Shown in pieces: positions 18,202-27,518 of a stretch of 40,353 nucleotides of DNA. Positions within the stretch are counted from its first letter, which is position 1; each line of letters begins with the position of its first letter. The position numbers were made by a program, and so were the translations under genes. The stretch is from a virus. The notes under the pieces are model-generated. The model was given only the letters and a program-made list of their open reading frames with translations, was not told the origin of the DNA and did not search any database. The stretch is taken from positions 1 through 40,353 of IMG/VR virus record IMGVR_UViG_3300021387_000033. One strand, written 5' to 3'.

Positions 18202-20976
18202 ATGGCTGATTATCAAAGACTGATTACTACTGAGGATATACAGCGTAGATATAATCTACAAGGTTTGGAATCAGATAGGAAGATAATTCAAACATTAAAT
18301 AACAATTTAACTAAAACATTTGGAATTATTAAGAATTATATAACTTGTATGACTTCACTAGGAAGTAAAGAACAATACTTCCTTAGTGGAGTACCTACTT
18401 TAGAAAATTATCCATATACTGAGTGGGAAGACCCTGAAGAACATATAAATACAGTTTATTATGATACTGACGGTGGAAAAGTATATATATTTAAATATAA
18501 TTCAGAAGACGAGTATTATTATTGGGAGGAGTCAACGGATTCTTCCCTTTTAAATGCTATGTCAGTTGCTAATTCACAAGCTGACGTATCAGAAGACAAT
18601 TTAAGACGTGTATTTTACGAACAACCTACAGTACCATATAACGTTGGTGATATATGGATAAATGGAAGTAAAATATACCGTTGTATGAGAAATGAAACTG
18701 CTGAGAGTCAATTTTATCAAGACGACTGGATAGATTATCTACAATATAACGATAGTGTAGCTACTTCTAATGCTTTAAGAATATTAGGAGAATTTAAAGA
18801 AACAGTAGAAACTGAATATGTTACTAAAACACTTTTAGAAACTACTACTGATACGATTAATGCTGAAGTAAGTAGAGTACAAACACTTGCTGAAGGTAAA
18901 AGTGCTACGTATACCGAACAACCTACTCCACCTTATTACAAAGGTGATACATACATAAAAGAAGTGACTGATTCTGAAACTGGAATCACAATGAATTTAA
19001 TATATGTATGTCAATATACAAGATTAGAAGGAACATATCACGAAGAAGACTTTTCATTACAACCTGGATATGCTACTTTATCACAAATAAAAGTCACAAA
19101 TGATGCAATTACTTCTACAGTTGCAAAAGTAGACGGACAAGATGCAAAAATATCACAAGTTCAACAAAGTGTTAAAGAAATAAACGCTAAAATTCAAGAT
19201 ATAGCAAATATAACTGTAACGGAAACTACTGAAAACGGTTTTATGACAATTACAGGAGTAAATACAAGTGAACCAATTGAAATAACAATTATTCCAAGAG
19301 TAGACGATATTGCATATTTATATCCTCACGGAACTATATATCCAAGCGATACATTATTTTCAAGTATAAGAAAATTAGAATTTCATAATACTTATGATGA
19401 TACGTACTATTATTTAGATATACCTGGAGACTTGTTATACTATAATAGTGAAGTATACGACGAATTTTTATTACATTATGGAGACGGAACTCAAGCTGAC
19501 CCTCCATACTTTGAAATAATAAAACGTGTAGGAATAAATAATGAAGGATATAAATATATACTAGAAAACGAGAAAGTAGTACCATATAAATATCAACATA
19601 AAAATTTAACTGACGGAGATTATGATATTACACTATTAGGATATACTAGAGCTTATATGAAAATAACTTTAATGGCATCTAACTACTATACAACACAATA
19701 TGTCACTAAAGTTGAATTAAATACTGCAATTTCAGTAACAAGTGAACATTTTAACGTAGAAGTATCTAAAAAAGTTGGTAAAACTGAAGTTATATCTAGC
19801 ATAAATCAAACTGCTGAAGCAGTAAAAATACAAGCTGGTAAAATAGATATTGCTGGTACAATAACAGCAATTAATAACAATACTTCAACAACAATAAATG
19901 GTAATAAGATAACTACTGGAAGTATAGATACAGCACAACTAAAAGCAAATGCTATAACTGCTGATAAAATAGCAACAAACGCTATTACAGCAAATAAAAT
20001 AAGTGCTGGTACAATAACTGCTGATAAGATAGCAAATGCTACTATTACTGGTTCTAAATTAGTAAATGGTACTATAACTGGAACGCAAATTGCTAATTCT
20101 ACTATTACAGACGGCAAAATAGCAAACGCTACCATTACTGGTAGTAAAATAGCAAACGCTACTATTACAGGTGGTAAAATAGCAAGTGCTACTATTTCAG
20201 CGTCAAATATAGTAGACGGTACTATTACAAATGCAAAAATAGCAGGTGGTGCTATAACTGGTGCTAAAATTGCTGACGGTACTATTACGGGTGCTAAAAT
20301 TAGTGGTGGTACAATAACAAACGTTCAAATTTCAGATTCAACTATCACTAATTCAAAAATTGCGAACGGTGCAATAACAGGTGCAAAAATACAAGATGCT
20401 TCAATAGATAATGCTAAAATATCTTCATTAAATGCAAGTAAAATAACTGCTGGTACGATGAGTGCAAACCGTATAACTGGTGGAACGCTACAAGGTTCTA
20501 CTATTAAAGCGACTTCAGGTAAAATAGGTTGTTGGCATATAAATTCAGCAAATATTAAGTCTTCTAGAATAAGACTCGCTGATACTGTAGTATACGATGA
20601 CGGAGGAACATCTTCTTTTGGAGCACAATGGCATAGTATAATTCTAGCTGGGCAAAATGCGTCAGATAAAAGACTAAAAAAAGATATAAAAGAAATTCAA
20701 TTAGAATATGATAAATTTTACGACGACCTTAAACCAAAAGAATTTTATTATAAATCAAATACAATGTATGGTGATAAAAAACATTTAGGTTTTATAGCAC
20801 AAGATATAGAAGAATCTCTAAAAAAATATAATATTGATGATATGGCATTAATTTGGGAAGACGAAAAGTATTATAATTTAGATAAGAGAGAATTAATTGC
20901 GTTAAATGTATGGCAAATACAAATGCTAAAGAAACGTGTTAAAGAATTGGAGGAACAAGTATGGAAAAACCATTAA
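18202..20976 (+). CDS. Tail fibre/spike with decapeptide repeats and a C-terminal S74-type intramolecular chaperone domain
   Basis: About 18 repeats of ITGxKIANAT, followed by ASDKRLKKDIKEI...HLGFIAQDIEE, typical of the endosialidase-chaperone (peptidase S74) domain. Confidence 0.8.
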   Translation: MADYQRLITTEDIQRRYNLQGLESDRKIIQTLNNNLTKTFGIIKNYITCMTSLGSKEQYFLSGVPTLENYPYTEWEDPEEHINTVYYDTDGGKVYIFKYNSEDEYYYWEESTDSSLLNAMSVANSQADVSEDNLRRVFYEQPTVPYNVGDIWINGSKIYRCMRNETAESQFYQDDWIDYLQYNDSVATSNALRILGEFKETVETEYVTKTLLETTTDTINAEVSRVQTLAEGKSATYTEQPTPPYYKGDTYIKEVTDSETGITMNLIYVCQYTRLEGTYHEEDFSLQPGYATLSQIKVTNDAITSTVAKVDGQDAKISQVQQSVKEINAKIQDIANITVTETTENGFMTITGVNTSEPIEITIIPRVDDIAYLYPHGTIYPSDTLFSSIRKLEFHNTYDDTYYYLDIPGDLLYYNSEVYDEFLLHYGDGTQADPPYFEIIKRVGINNEGYKYILENEKVVPYKYQHKNLTDGDYDITLLGYTRAYMKITLMASNYYTTQYVTKVELNTAISVTSEHFNVEVSKKVGKTEVISSINQTAEAVKIQAGKIDIAGTITAINNNTSTTINGNKITTGSIDTAQLKANAITADKIATNAITANKISAGTITADKIANATITGSKLVNGTITGTQIANSTITDGKIANATITGSKIANATITGGKIASATISASNIVDGTITNAKIAGGAITGAKIADGTITGAKISGGTITNVQISDSTITNSKIANGAITGAKIQDASIDNAKISSLNASKITAGTMSANRITGGTLQGSTIKATSGKIGCWHINSANIKSSRIRLADTVVYDDGGTSSFGAQWHSIILAGQNASDKRLKKDIKEIQLEYDKFYDDLKPKEFYYKSNTMYGDKKHLGFIAQDIEESLKKYNIDDMALIWEDEKYYNLDKRELIALNVWQIQMLKKRVKELEEQVWKNH
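19945..20490 (+). repeat. 30-nt periodic coding repeat (decapeptide I-T-G/A-x-K-I-A-N/G-A-T) within the fibre gene
   Basis: Read directly from the translation: ANAITADKIATNAITANKISAGTITADKIANATITGSK... Confidence 0.85.
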
Positions 20977-21164
20977 CAATTAGAGTAAAAGAAATTGAAG
21001 AACAATTAATAAAGGTGATAAACGAATCAGGTTTACCACCTTTTATATTGTTGAATATTATGGGAAACATTACTTCTCAAATACAAGAAATAGATACTAA
21101 AGAAGTAAATGATTACATAAAAGAACAAAATATGAAAAAAGTTAAAAAAGGAAGTGATAAATAA
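20961..21164 (+). CDS. Small protein (67 aa) overlapping the fibre gene end
   Basis: Supplied ORF with a GGAGG RBS inside the fibre gene 3' end. Confidence 0.55.
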   Translation: MEKPLTIRVKEIEEQLIKVINESGLPPFILLNIMGNITSQIQEIDTKEVNDYIKEQNMKKVKKGSDK

Positions 21165-22045
21165 TGGCATATACAAGAGTAAATTGGGAAGATAGACCTT
21201 CTACAAATACACCTATAAATGCAACTAACTTAAACAAAATGGATAAAGGTATCTACGATGCAACATACGAAAATGGTTTAAATGTATCAAATGAAGTAGA
21301 TGAAGATTATAGAGTAAGCTTCTTAAAGAGTAAAAACTTAAATGATGGAATAAATAGAGGATGTTGGATTGGTGGTAATGCTACAACTTATGGTGTAACT
21401 TCAAATGATACAGGTATTTATATACCAGTTAGTGGCGGTAATTATACAATTTCAACAACTATATCTCAGGCAAGATATAGAGTTTGTTGTGGTAATGATA
21501 TACCTTCTGCTTCTTCTACTGCATATAATGGATTAAATAAAGATAATACAAATGAAACTATAACAATTAATACAACTGGTTATAAATATTTAATTATAAA
21601 TGTTACTGATTTAAATGCAATGAAAATAACAAAAGGAAATACTGCAACAACTGAAGATTATTTTTCACCTTCTATATATGTAGATGGAGAAGAAATATAT
21701 AGTAAACCTGAAGTGTTATGGCAAAATCCTAGTCCTTCAAGTGATATGGCTAATAATGCAAGTATAAACTTAAGTACTGATGATTATAACTCTTATGAGG
21801 TCCTATGGGTTATGAGTACAAGTGATACTTCTAATGTATTTTCATCAGGAATAATACCTAAAGGAAAATCTACTATTTTAAATACTGCTCGTTGTGCATC
21901 AGGCGGAACAACAAATTATGAAAGACCTATAAATTATAATAGTGATACTTTATTAAAGAGTGGTATTCCTTATTCAGCAACAGCAAGTGCTAGAAGTGCA
22001 ACAGCATCAGTACTTATTCCTTATATGATATTAGGTTGGAAGTAA
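21164..22045 (+). CDS. Second tail fibre / receptor-binding protein (293 aa)
   Basis: The N-terminus MAYTRVNWEDRPSTNTPINATNLNKMDKGI is the conserved fibre N-terminal motif seen in many Firmicute phages. Confidence 0.65.
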   Translation: MAYTRVNWEDRPSTNTPINATNLNKMDKGIYDATYENGLNVSNEVDEDYRVSFLKSKNLNDGINRGCWIGGNATTYGVTSNDTGIYIPVSGGNYTISTTISQARYRVCCGNDIPSASSTAYNGLNKDNTNETITINTTGYKYLIINVTDLNAMKITKGNTATTEDYFSPSIYVDGEEIYSKPEVLWQNPSPSSDMANNASINLSTDDYNSYEVLWVMSTSDTSNVFSSGIIPKGKSTILNTARCASGGTTNYERPINYNSDTLLKSGIPYSATASARSATASVLIPYMILGWK

Positions 22046-22051
22046 GACACT

Positions 22052-22264
22052 ATGATATATAGAATAATATTTAGAATAAGAATTGCATTAGAAATATTAA
22101 AAGGTAGAAATGTATTAGTATGCAATAATAAAAAAGAAGTATTAGGAATGCTTACTGATAAAGGTTGTTTACTTACAAATAATATAAATATTTTACTATG
22201 TACTGATGATGAGTTAGAAGAAAAAGAAGATAGTTTATATTATAAAGGGGAACTTGATATATGA
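22052..22264 (+). CDS. Hypothetical protein (70 aa)
   Basis: Supplied ORF. Confidence 0.4.
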   Translation: MIYRIIFRIRIALEILKGRNVLVCNNKKEVLGMLTDKGCLLTNNINILLCTDDELEEKEDSLYYKGELDI

Positions 22265-22342
22265 TATTAGAACAAATAGGTGGTAATAAATATAAATTAT
22301 TACAAAGATATGATATAATTAAAATGGAAAGGAACAAATAAT

Positions 22343-22639
22343 ATGATTGCATATATTAGTTTAGGTATTTCAATAGTACTTGGGATTTTTACTATAATAA
22401 CTTTTGTTAAAAATGATAAAAAAGACACTATTAATGATAAAAAAGAGCAATATCAAGAAAGTGGTAATCAAAAACTTATCGATTATAGATTAACAAAAGT
22501 TGAAGAAAAATTAGACCAAATATTAAACAAATTTGATACAATTCCTTCATTAATTAAAGAACAAGTCAAAGAACAAATAGCAGTAGAAATGCAAAATCAT
22601 ATCAATATGTTTCACAATAACAATAAAAAAGGAGATTAA
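22343..22639 (+). CDS. Membrane-anchored protein (98 aa)
   Basis: N-terminal TM helix. RBS present. Confidence 0.55.
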   Translation: MIAYISLGISIVLGIFTIITFVKNDKKDTINDKKEQYQESGNQKLIDYRLTKVEEKLDQILNKFDTIPSLIKEQVKEQIAVEMQNHINMFHNNNKKGD

Positions 22640-22640
22640 T

Positions 22641-22904
22641 ATGGATTTTAAAGAAGAATTAAATAATGCAAAAAATGAAATAAAAGATATAAAAAATTCT
22701 TTAGCTATGGAAATTTTGCAAGATTATAAAAAAGCAAATAAAAGACAATTTATTATAAATATAATTTTAATATTATGCTTAATGGTTGCAATAGGTTACA
22801 TTTTATATTTACACAATGACATACAAACTGTTACAACAACTGATACAATTGATATTCAAGACGTTAACGATATAAATGATTCAGATATAGGAATTGGTAG
22901 ATAA
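22641..22904 (+). CDS. Membrane protein (87 aa, central TM helix)
   Basis: Supplied ORF, coupled to the previous gene. Confidence 0.55.
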   Translation: MDFKEELNNAKNEIKDIKNSLAMEILQDYKKANKRQFIINIILILCLMVAIGYILYLHNDIQTVTTTDTIDIQDVNDINDSDIGIGR

Positions 22905-23032
22905 TGGGTAATGTTTTATTAAAGAGAACTACTTCTAGGAAAATACTTAAATCTAAATCAGTAGCAAAAATAGTAAAAGATAAAAATGGAAAAGCACATT
23001 GCTCTAGGTGTGGAGCGTTTATAAGTGGCTAA
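22904..23032 (+). CDS. Small basic ORF (42 aa, MGNVLLKRTT...CSRCGAFISG), not in the track
   Basis: Its ATG overlaps the previous stop (TAATG). Hand translated. Confidence 0.35.
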   Translation: MGNVLLKRTTSRKILKSKSVAKIVKDKNGKAHCSRCGAFISG

Positions 23033-23225
23033 ATTTGATTTTACTAGAACTGAATATCAATATATTGTAGAAGAGTGTATGTTTAATGATGAATTAAAAG
23101 AAATCTTCGAATTATTAATTAAGAACTATTCAAGAACACAAATAGCTATGAAATTAAATATGAGTGAAAGAACACTCGATAAAAGAATTAGAGTTATTAA
23201 GAATAAAATAAAGAAAATTTTGTAG
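23025..23225 (+). CDS. Small HTH protein resembling sigma-70 region 4 (66 aa)
   Basis: RTQIAMKLNMSERTLDKRIRVIKNKI resembles a region-4/LuxR-type HTH. The start is GTG and is uncertain. Confidence 0.45.
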   Translation: MAKFDFTRTEYQYIVEECMFNDELKEIFELLIKNYSRTQIAMKLNMSERTLDKRIRVIKNKIKKIL

Positions 23226-23238
23226 AAGGAGGTGTGTT

Positions 23239-23436
23239 ATGAGTAATAAAGCATATGATATCTTAAAATGGGTTGCACTTATTTTCTTACCAGCATTAGG
23301 CACTTTATATTTTGCTCTTAGTTCTATATGGGGACTTCCATATGGAGAACAAATAGTAGGTACTATAACTGCTATTGATGCATTTTTAGGTGCATTATTA
23401 GGAATCTCAAATATAAATTACAAGAAAGGAAATTAA
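23239..23436 (+). CDS. Holin (phi-LC3 / Phage_holin_1-like)
   Basis: KWVALIFLPALGTLYFAL...WGLPYGEQIVGTITAIDAFLGALLG matches the family signature. Lies directly upstream of the endolysin. Confidence 0.8.
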   Translation: MSNKAYDILKWVALIFLPALGTLYFALSSIWGLPYGEQIVGTITAIDAFLGALLGISNINYKKGN

Positions 23437-23438
23437 TT

Positions 23439-24284
23439 ATGGGAACATATATAGGAAAAGTTCCAAATCCAGTACTTGCTTCAAATAAACATTATATGAC
23501 ATCGCCTTTTGGTGAGAGAACATATAAAGGTAAAAAAGTCCAACATAATGGAATTGATTTAATTAAAAGAGGACCGATTTGGACACCAGCCAAAAAGACT
23601 GATGACATTATTTCAATGGCTGATGGTATAGTTGTTGAAAACTCATATTCCGATAGTAGAGGATATTATGTTGGAATTAAAACTAATGGATATATCCATA
23701 GATACTTACACTTATTAAAAGGAAGTATTCTTGTTAAAGTTGGTGAAAAGGTTGTTAAAGGTCAAAAAATTGCTTATATGGGTGCAAGTGGTGGCGCAGA
23801 CGGTGCACACTTACATTTAGCAATAGTAAACCCTAAAGGAAAATTTGAAAACCCATTACCATATCTTGAAGGTGAGAAATCATTCGACGGTGAAAAACCA
23901 ACGGCTGATATTGAATATCAAGTTAGTTTAGCAACTAGCAAATCATATTTACCAGAAGTAAAAGTAGGTACAAATGATTATGCTGGTATTCTAAAAAATC
24001 CAATAGACTGCGTTAAAATAGAACAACTTACATATAGAGTACAAGCAATAGGCAGGACTGCTTATTATCCTTGGGTTACTGGTTGCAGTGATAAAATATA
24101 TGCTGGTGTTCAAGGCAAAAAGATATGTAAGTTACAAATAAAAGGAAGTTGGAAATATAGAGTATATATTCTAACTAATGAGAAAAAAGGCACTGGTAAA
24201 TGGTTACCTTGGGTAAAAGGTGAAACTGATTATGCTGGTCTTAAAAAATATCCTATAACTGCAATTCAAATAAAGAAGGCATAA
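23439..24284 (+). CDS. Endolysin: M23 peptidase plus a repeated C-terminal wall-binding region
   Basis: HNGIDL and GAHLHL metal-binding motifs. The C-terminal half has about three repeats containing DYAG. Confidence 0.8.
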   Translation: MGTYIGKVPNPVLASNKHYMTSPFGERTYKGKKVQHNGIDLIKRGPIWTPAKKTDDIISMADGIVVENSYSDSRGYYVGIKTNGYIHRYLHLLKGSILVKVGEKVVKGQKIAYMGASGGADGAHLHLAIVNPKGKFENPLPYLEGEKSFDGEKPTADIEYQVSLATSKSYLPEVKVGTNDYAGILKNPIDCVKIEQLTYRVQAIGRTAYYPWVTGCSDKIYAGVQGKKICKLQIKGSWKYRVYILTNEKKGTGKWLPWVKGETDYAGLKKYPITAIQIKKA

Positions 24285-24285
24285 T

Positions 24286-24531
24286 ATGAAAAACTTATTT
24301 GATTACAAATATAGATTATATTTTAGAACACCTTTAACTGGTTTTTCTCAATGCGACGACGTATTATACACTGACAATTTAGAAAAAGTTTGGAAAGCAA
24401 TAGATAATGTAAATCAAGAAAAAGGTTACACTGAATATATGTTAATCACTAAAACTGATAATGGAGATATAATAGAAAGAAATCCATTAGATAGACCATT
24501 AGTAAAAAAATTAAAAAGAAACGGCGAGTAA
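24286..24531 (+). CDS. Hypothetical protein (81 aa)
   Basis: Supplied ORF, coupled to the endolysin, followed by a terminator. Confidence 0.55.
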   Translation: MKNLFDYKYRLYFRTPLTGFSQCDDVLYTDNLEKVWKAIDNVNQEKGYTEYMLITKTDNGDIIERNPLDRPLVKKLKRNGE

Positions 24532-24566
24532 TAGGCGAAAAGTCTACGAACTCGTCGTGTTTTTTT
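24521..24566 (+). terminator. Intrinsic terminator ending the lysis operon
   Basis: ACGGCGAGT ... ACTCGTCGT stem followed by GTTTTTTT. Confidence 0.7.
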
Positions 24567-24672
24567 ATGCAATAATTTATATGAAAGGAGCAGTAAATCG
24601 CAAATTATTATATTTTAAAACAATATAGTCAGTTTATGTATGCTTCTTTCTTTTTTATTTAAGGAGGTAATT

Positions 24673-25128
24673 ATGTTTTATAATCCACAAATTAGTATTG
24701 ATAGGATAAATAGTCAAATATCAGAGTTAGAGAAGTTAAAATCTCAAATTCCGATGCAACAACCTATCACGCAAAACTTTCAAATAGCACCAAATAGTAG
24801 TTCTATTAGGTATGCTAACAACTTAGAAGAAGTACAAAAAGAGTTTATTTTAAATGATACTCCCTTCTTCAGCAAAGATATGACTGTTTTATGGGTCAAA
24901 AGTCCTTCAGGAGACGTTAAAACATATGAGTTAAATGAAATAGTCGAAAAAGACGAAAAAGACCTTAGAATTGAATTATTAATGTCACAAATAGAAGAGT
25001 TAAAGAAAGAGGTAATTAACAATGAACATATTACAAATGATGATGCAACAAAAAATAAAACAAATTCCACAAACAATGATGAGTCAAATGGAACAACAAC
25101 TAAAAAGAGCAAATCCTCAAGCGTTTAA
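24673..25128 (+). CDS. Hypothetical protein (start moved to MFYNPQ)
   Basis: AAGGAGG RBS 5 nt before ATG 24673. The supplied ORF starts at 24640 without an RBS. Confidence 0.55.
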   Translation: MFYNPQISIDRINSQISELEKLKSQIPMQQPITQNFQIAPNSSSIRYANNLEEVQKEFILNDTPFFSKDMTVLWVKSPSGDVKTYELNEIVEKDEKDLRIELLMSQIEELKKEVINNEHITNDDATKNKTNSTNNDESNGTTTKKSKSSSV

Positions 25129-25255
25129 AGAATTTCAACAAGCAAGAAGCAATAATGTAAATCCTGAAGAATACTTGAATAAGATTACAAATAGTTTTAG
25201 TCCTGAAAGAAAACAACAATGGGACTCAATAATTAGTGGTATTAACGCTAAATAG
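25022..25255 (+). CDS. Hypothetical helical protein (77 aa) overlapping the previous ORF by 107 nt
   Basis: AAAGAGGT RBS. Protein-like composition. Confidence 0.5.
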   Translation: MNILQMMMQQKIKQIPQTMMSQMEQQLKRANPQAFKEFQQARSNNVNPEEYLNKITNSFSPERKQQWDSIISGINAK

Positions 25256-25287
25256 CGTTGATATAAAACAATAGAAAGGAGCAAGTT

Positions 25288-25992
25288 ATGAACGGAACAC
25301 AAGGAATACAACCTACTGTAGAATTAGCTACTACTAACGGAACTGGTTTTATGCCATACGGATATGGAAATAGTGGATTCTTCGGTGGAGACGGTATTTG
25401 GGCTATTGTATTACTAGCATTACTATTCAATAATGGTGGTTTTGGTGGCTGGGGTGGTAATGGATTTAATAACATTGCTACAACTGATTACATTTCTTCT
25501 GAATTTACTCAAAGAGACGTTAACAACGGATTCCAAAATCAAAGCAACTTAATTTCAAACGGATTTGCTAATGTAGCACAAGACGTATGTAATTTAAGAA
25601 GTGACGTACTTGAAAATAGATATGCTAATCAATTAAGTGCTTGTAATACTCAAAGAGATATTTTAACTCAAACTAATGAATTAAATACTAACTTACTTAC
25701 TCAAGCATTACAAAATCAAGCACATATGGATAGCTGTTGCTGTGAATTAAAATCTCAAGGTATAGAAAATACTCAAAAGATTTTAGACGCTATGAATCAA
25801 AATACAATTGATGATTTAAGAAGCCAAGTAAATGATTTAAAGAACACAATTACAGCAAACGGAATCGGTACTTCAATTGTAAATCAAGTTAGACCATACC
25901 CAATACCAGCATATCCAGTATCTTCTCCATATGTTGGATTATACAACGGTGGATTCTATGGTAATGGATTTTTTGGAAACACAATAGTATAG
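25288..25992 (+). CDS. Gly/aromatic-rich protein with a TM-like segment, N/Q coiled-coil core and a CCC motif (234 aa)
   Basis: Supplied ORF with an AAAGGAG RBS and its own terminator. Confidence 0.6.
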   Translation: MNGTQGIQPTVELATTNGTGFMPYGYGNSGFFGGDGIWAIVLLALLFNNGGFGGWGGNGFNNIATTDYISSEFTQRDVNNGFQNQSNLISNGFANVAQDVCNLRSDVLENRYANQLSACNTQRDILTQTNELNTNLLTQALQNQAHMDSCCCELKSQGIENTQKILDAMNQNTIDDLRSQVNDLKNTITANGIGTSIVNQVRPYPIPAYPVSSPYVGLYNGGFYGNGFFGNTIV

Positions 25993-26034
25993 CAAATTGT
26001 CGATAAGACAACCCTTTAAGGAACTTGCTACTTA

Positions 26035-26060
26035 AGAGAATAGCAGGTCTATTCTCTTTT
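26035..26060 (+). terminator. Intrinsic terminator
   Basis: AGAGAATAG-CAGGT-CTATTCTCT followed by TTT. Confidence 0.65.
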
Positions 26061-26085
26061 AATTTAATAGAAAGGAAAGATTAAA

Positions 26086-26532
26086 ATGATACAAAGTTTA
26101 CAAGAACAAGAATTAGTTTTAACTTCTAATACTTCTTCAATAACATTTGCTGATACTGACTTAAGAACTGGAAGTGCAAATTGTTTTAATGGTTGGTTAA
26201 ACCATAATGAAGGAAGTTCAATATTTAATTTAGTTGCTGGTGGAATCTATGAAATAGATTTTAGTACAAACGTTACAAGTGCAACTGATGGAAATGTTGG
26301 ATTCGCAATTTTTACTGACGGAACTCAATTAGCAGGAAGTGAAATGAATACTCCAGTCACAGTTGGTGTTTACTCTAATGTAGGAACTAAAAAATATATA
26401 AGAGTATGTGGTAGAGGAAGTGTATCTATAACTATTAGAAGTATACCAACTATAACTTATAACGGTACAACAACTGATACTCAAATACCTATTGTTAAAA
26501 ACTCAAATATTATTATAAGAAGATATTCATAA
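26086..26532 (+). CDS. Beta-rich protein (148 aa), possibly a C1q/BclA-C-terminal-like jelly roll
   Basis: Composition and the pattern YEIDFSTNV...GFAIFTDGTQLAGS. Weak recollection only. Confidence 0.4.
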   Translation: MIQSLQEQELVLTSNTSSITFADTDLRTGSANCFNGWLNHNEGSSIFNLVAGGIYEIDFSTNVTSATDGNVGFAIFTDGTQLAGSEMNTPVTVGVYSNVGTKKYIRVCGRGSVSITIRSIPTITYNGTTTDTQIPIVKNSNIIIRRYS

Positions 26533-26726
26533 TGATAAATAATTTAGCTTTAGTTTTACAAGCATTAAGTTTAGAAATACTATTCAAAGATTTTAACAAT
26601 AGCGATTTGATGCAAGAATTGCAAAAACAAGATAATAATTATTTTGAAAGAATAATAAAACAAAATGAAGAGATTTTAAAACTCTTAAAGAAAGGAAGTG
26701 AAACTAATGGAAGAAAAGTTGATTAG
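26532..26726 (+). CDS. Hypothetical protein (64 aa)
   Basis: Supplied ORF, with an ATGA overlap to the previous gene. Confidence 0.45.
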   Translation: MINNLALVLQALSLEILFKDFNNSDLMQELQKQDNNYFERIIKQNEEILKLLKKGSETNGRKVD

Positions 26727-27150
26727 TTCTACTGAGAAAAAAATAAAAGAAATATTAGATGCTGATATAGATGCAAGTAATATTGAACATTTATATAAGT
26801 TATCTAAAATAAGACATATGGCAAAGGAGGACGAGTGTATGAGATACAGCGATTACAACGATTATGGTAGAAGACCAGGATTCGGTTCTTACGGTGACTA
26901 TAATGATTATGGACGTAGAGGTAGAGATATGAAATATCGTGGATACGGACACTTAGATAGAATTTCAGACCATTATGGAAGATACGAAGACTATCGTGGA
27001 AGATACGGAACAAACGAAGATACTAAAACAAGTTTAAAATATATGCTTGAAAGTATGGAAGATTTTGCACGTATGTTAAAAGAAGAAGCACAAAGTCAAG
27101 AAGAAGTTGAAATGATTAGACAAACAGCACAAAGAATAGCACAAATGTAA
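26707..27150 (+). CDS. R/Y/G/D-rich low-complexity protein
   Basis: DYNDYGRRPGFGSYGDYNDYGRRGRD...GRYEDYRGRYG. ATG 26707 has a GGAAGTGA RBS. Confidence 0.5.
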   Translation: MEEKLISSTEKKIKEILDADIDASNIEHLYKLSKIRHMAKEDECMRYSDYNDYGRRPGFGSYGDYNDYGRRGRDMKYRGYGHLDRISDHYGRYEDYRGRYGTNEDTKTSLKYMLESMEDFARMLKEEAQSQEEVEMIRQTAQRIAQM

Positions 27151-27518
27151 TGTATAGATTTTATAATAACAATTCATTAGGTAATTTTGTTAACGACTGC
27201 ACTATAAGAGCAATAAGTTTAGCTGAGGGAAACACGTGGGATTATACTTATAATAAATTAAGTGATTTAGCACGTGAAAAAGGAACAATGATGGACGATA
27301 AATATTTTATAAGAGAATATTTAAATGACCGATACGAACGTATTAATGAAACTGGAACAGTCGGACAAATTGCAGGAGAATATCCTGATAAAATTCTATT
27401 AATTACAATGAAAGGTCACATAACGTGTTCTTTGTTTGGAACTATTATGGATAGTTTTGACTGTCGACACAGACAAGCTGAATATGTTTACATAGTAAAA
27501 GGACTAGAAGATATCTAG
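27150..27518 (+). CDS. Putative papain-like Cys/His protein (122 aa)
   Basis: NDCTIRAIS (candidate Cys) and MKGHITC (candidate His). Inference only. Confidence 0.35.
   Translation: MYRFYNNNSLGNFVNDCTIRAISLAEGNTWDYTYNKLSDLAREKGTMMDDKYFIREYLNDRYERINETGTVGQIAGEYPDKILLITMKGHITCSLFGTIMDSFDCRHRQAEYVYIVKGLEDI

Noticed and set aside
19806-20135. 109-aa minus-strand ORF
   Set aside because: It is an antisense shadow of the fibre decapeptide repeat, with no RBS and repetitive hydrophobic content.
24780-25475. Minus-strand ORFs 24780..25112 and 25248..25475
   Set aside because: They lie antisense within a plus-strand operon. The second is a Pro/Asn-rich mirror of the Gly-rich gene.
26804-27013. 69-aa minus-strand ORF
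   Set aside because: It lies antisense to the R/Y/G/D-rich gene and mirrors its repeat.
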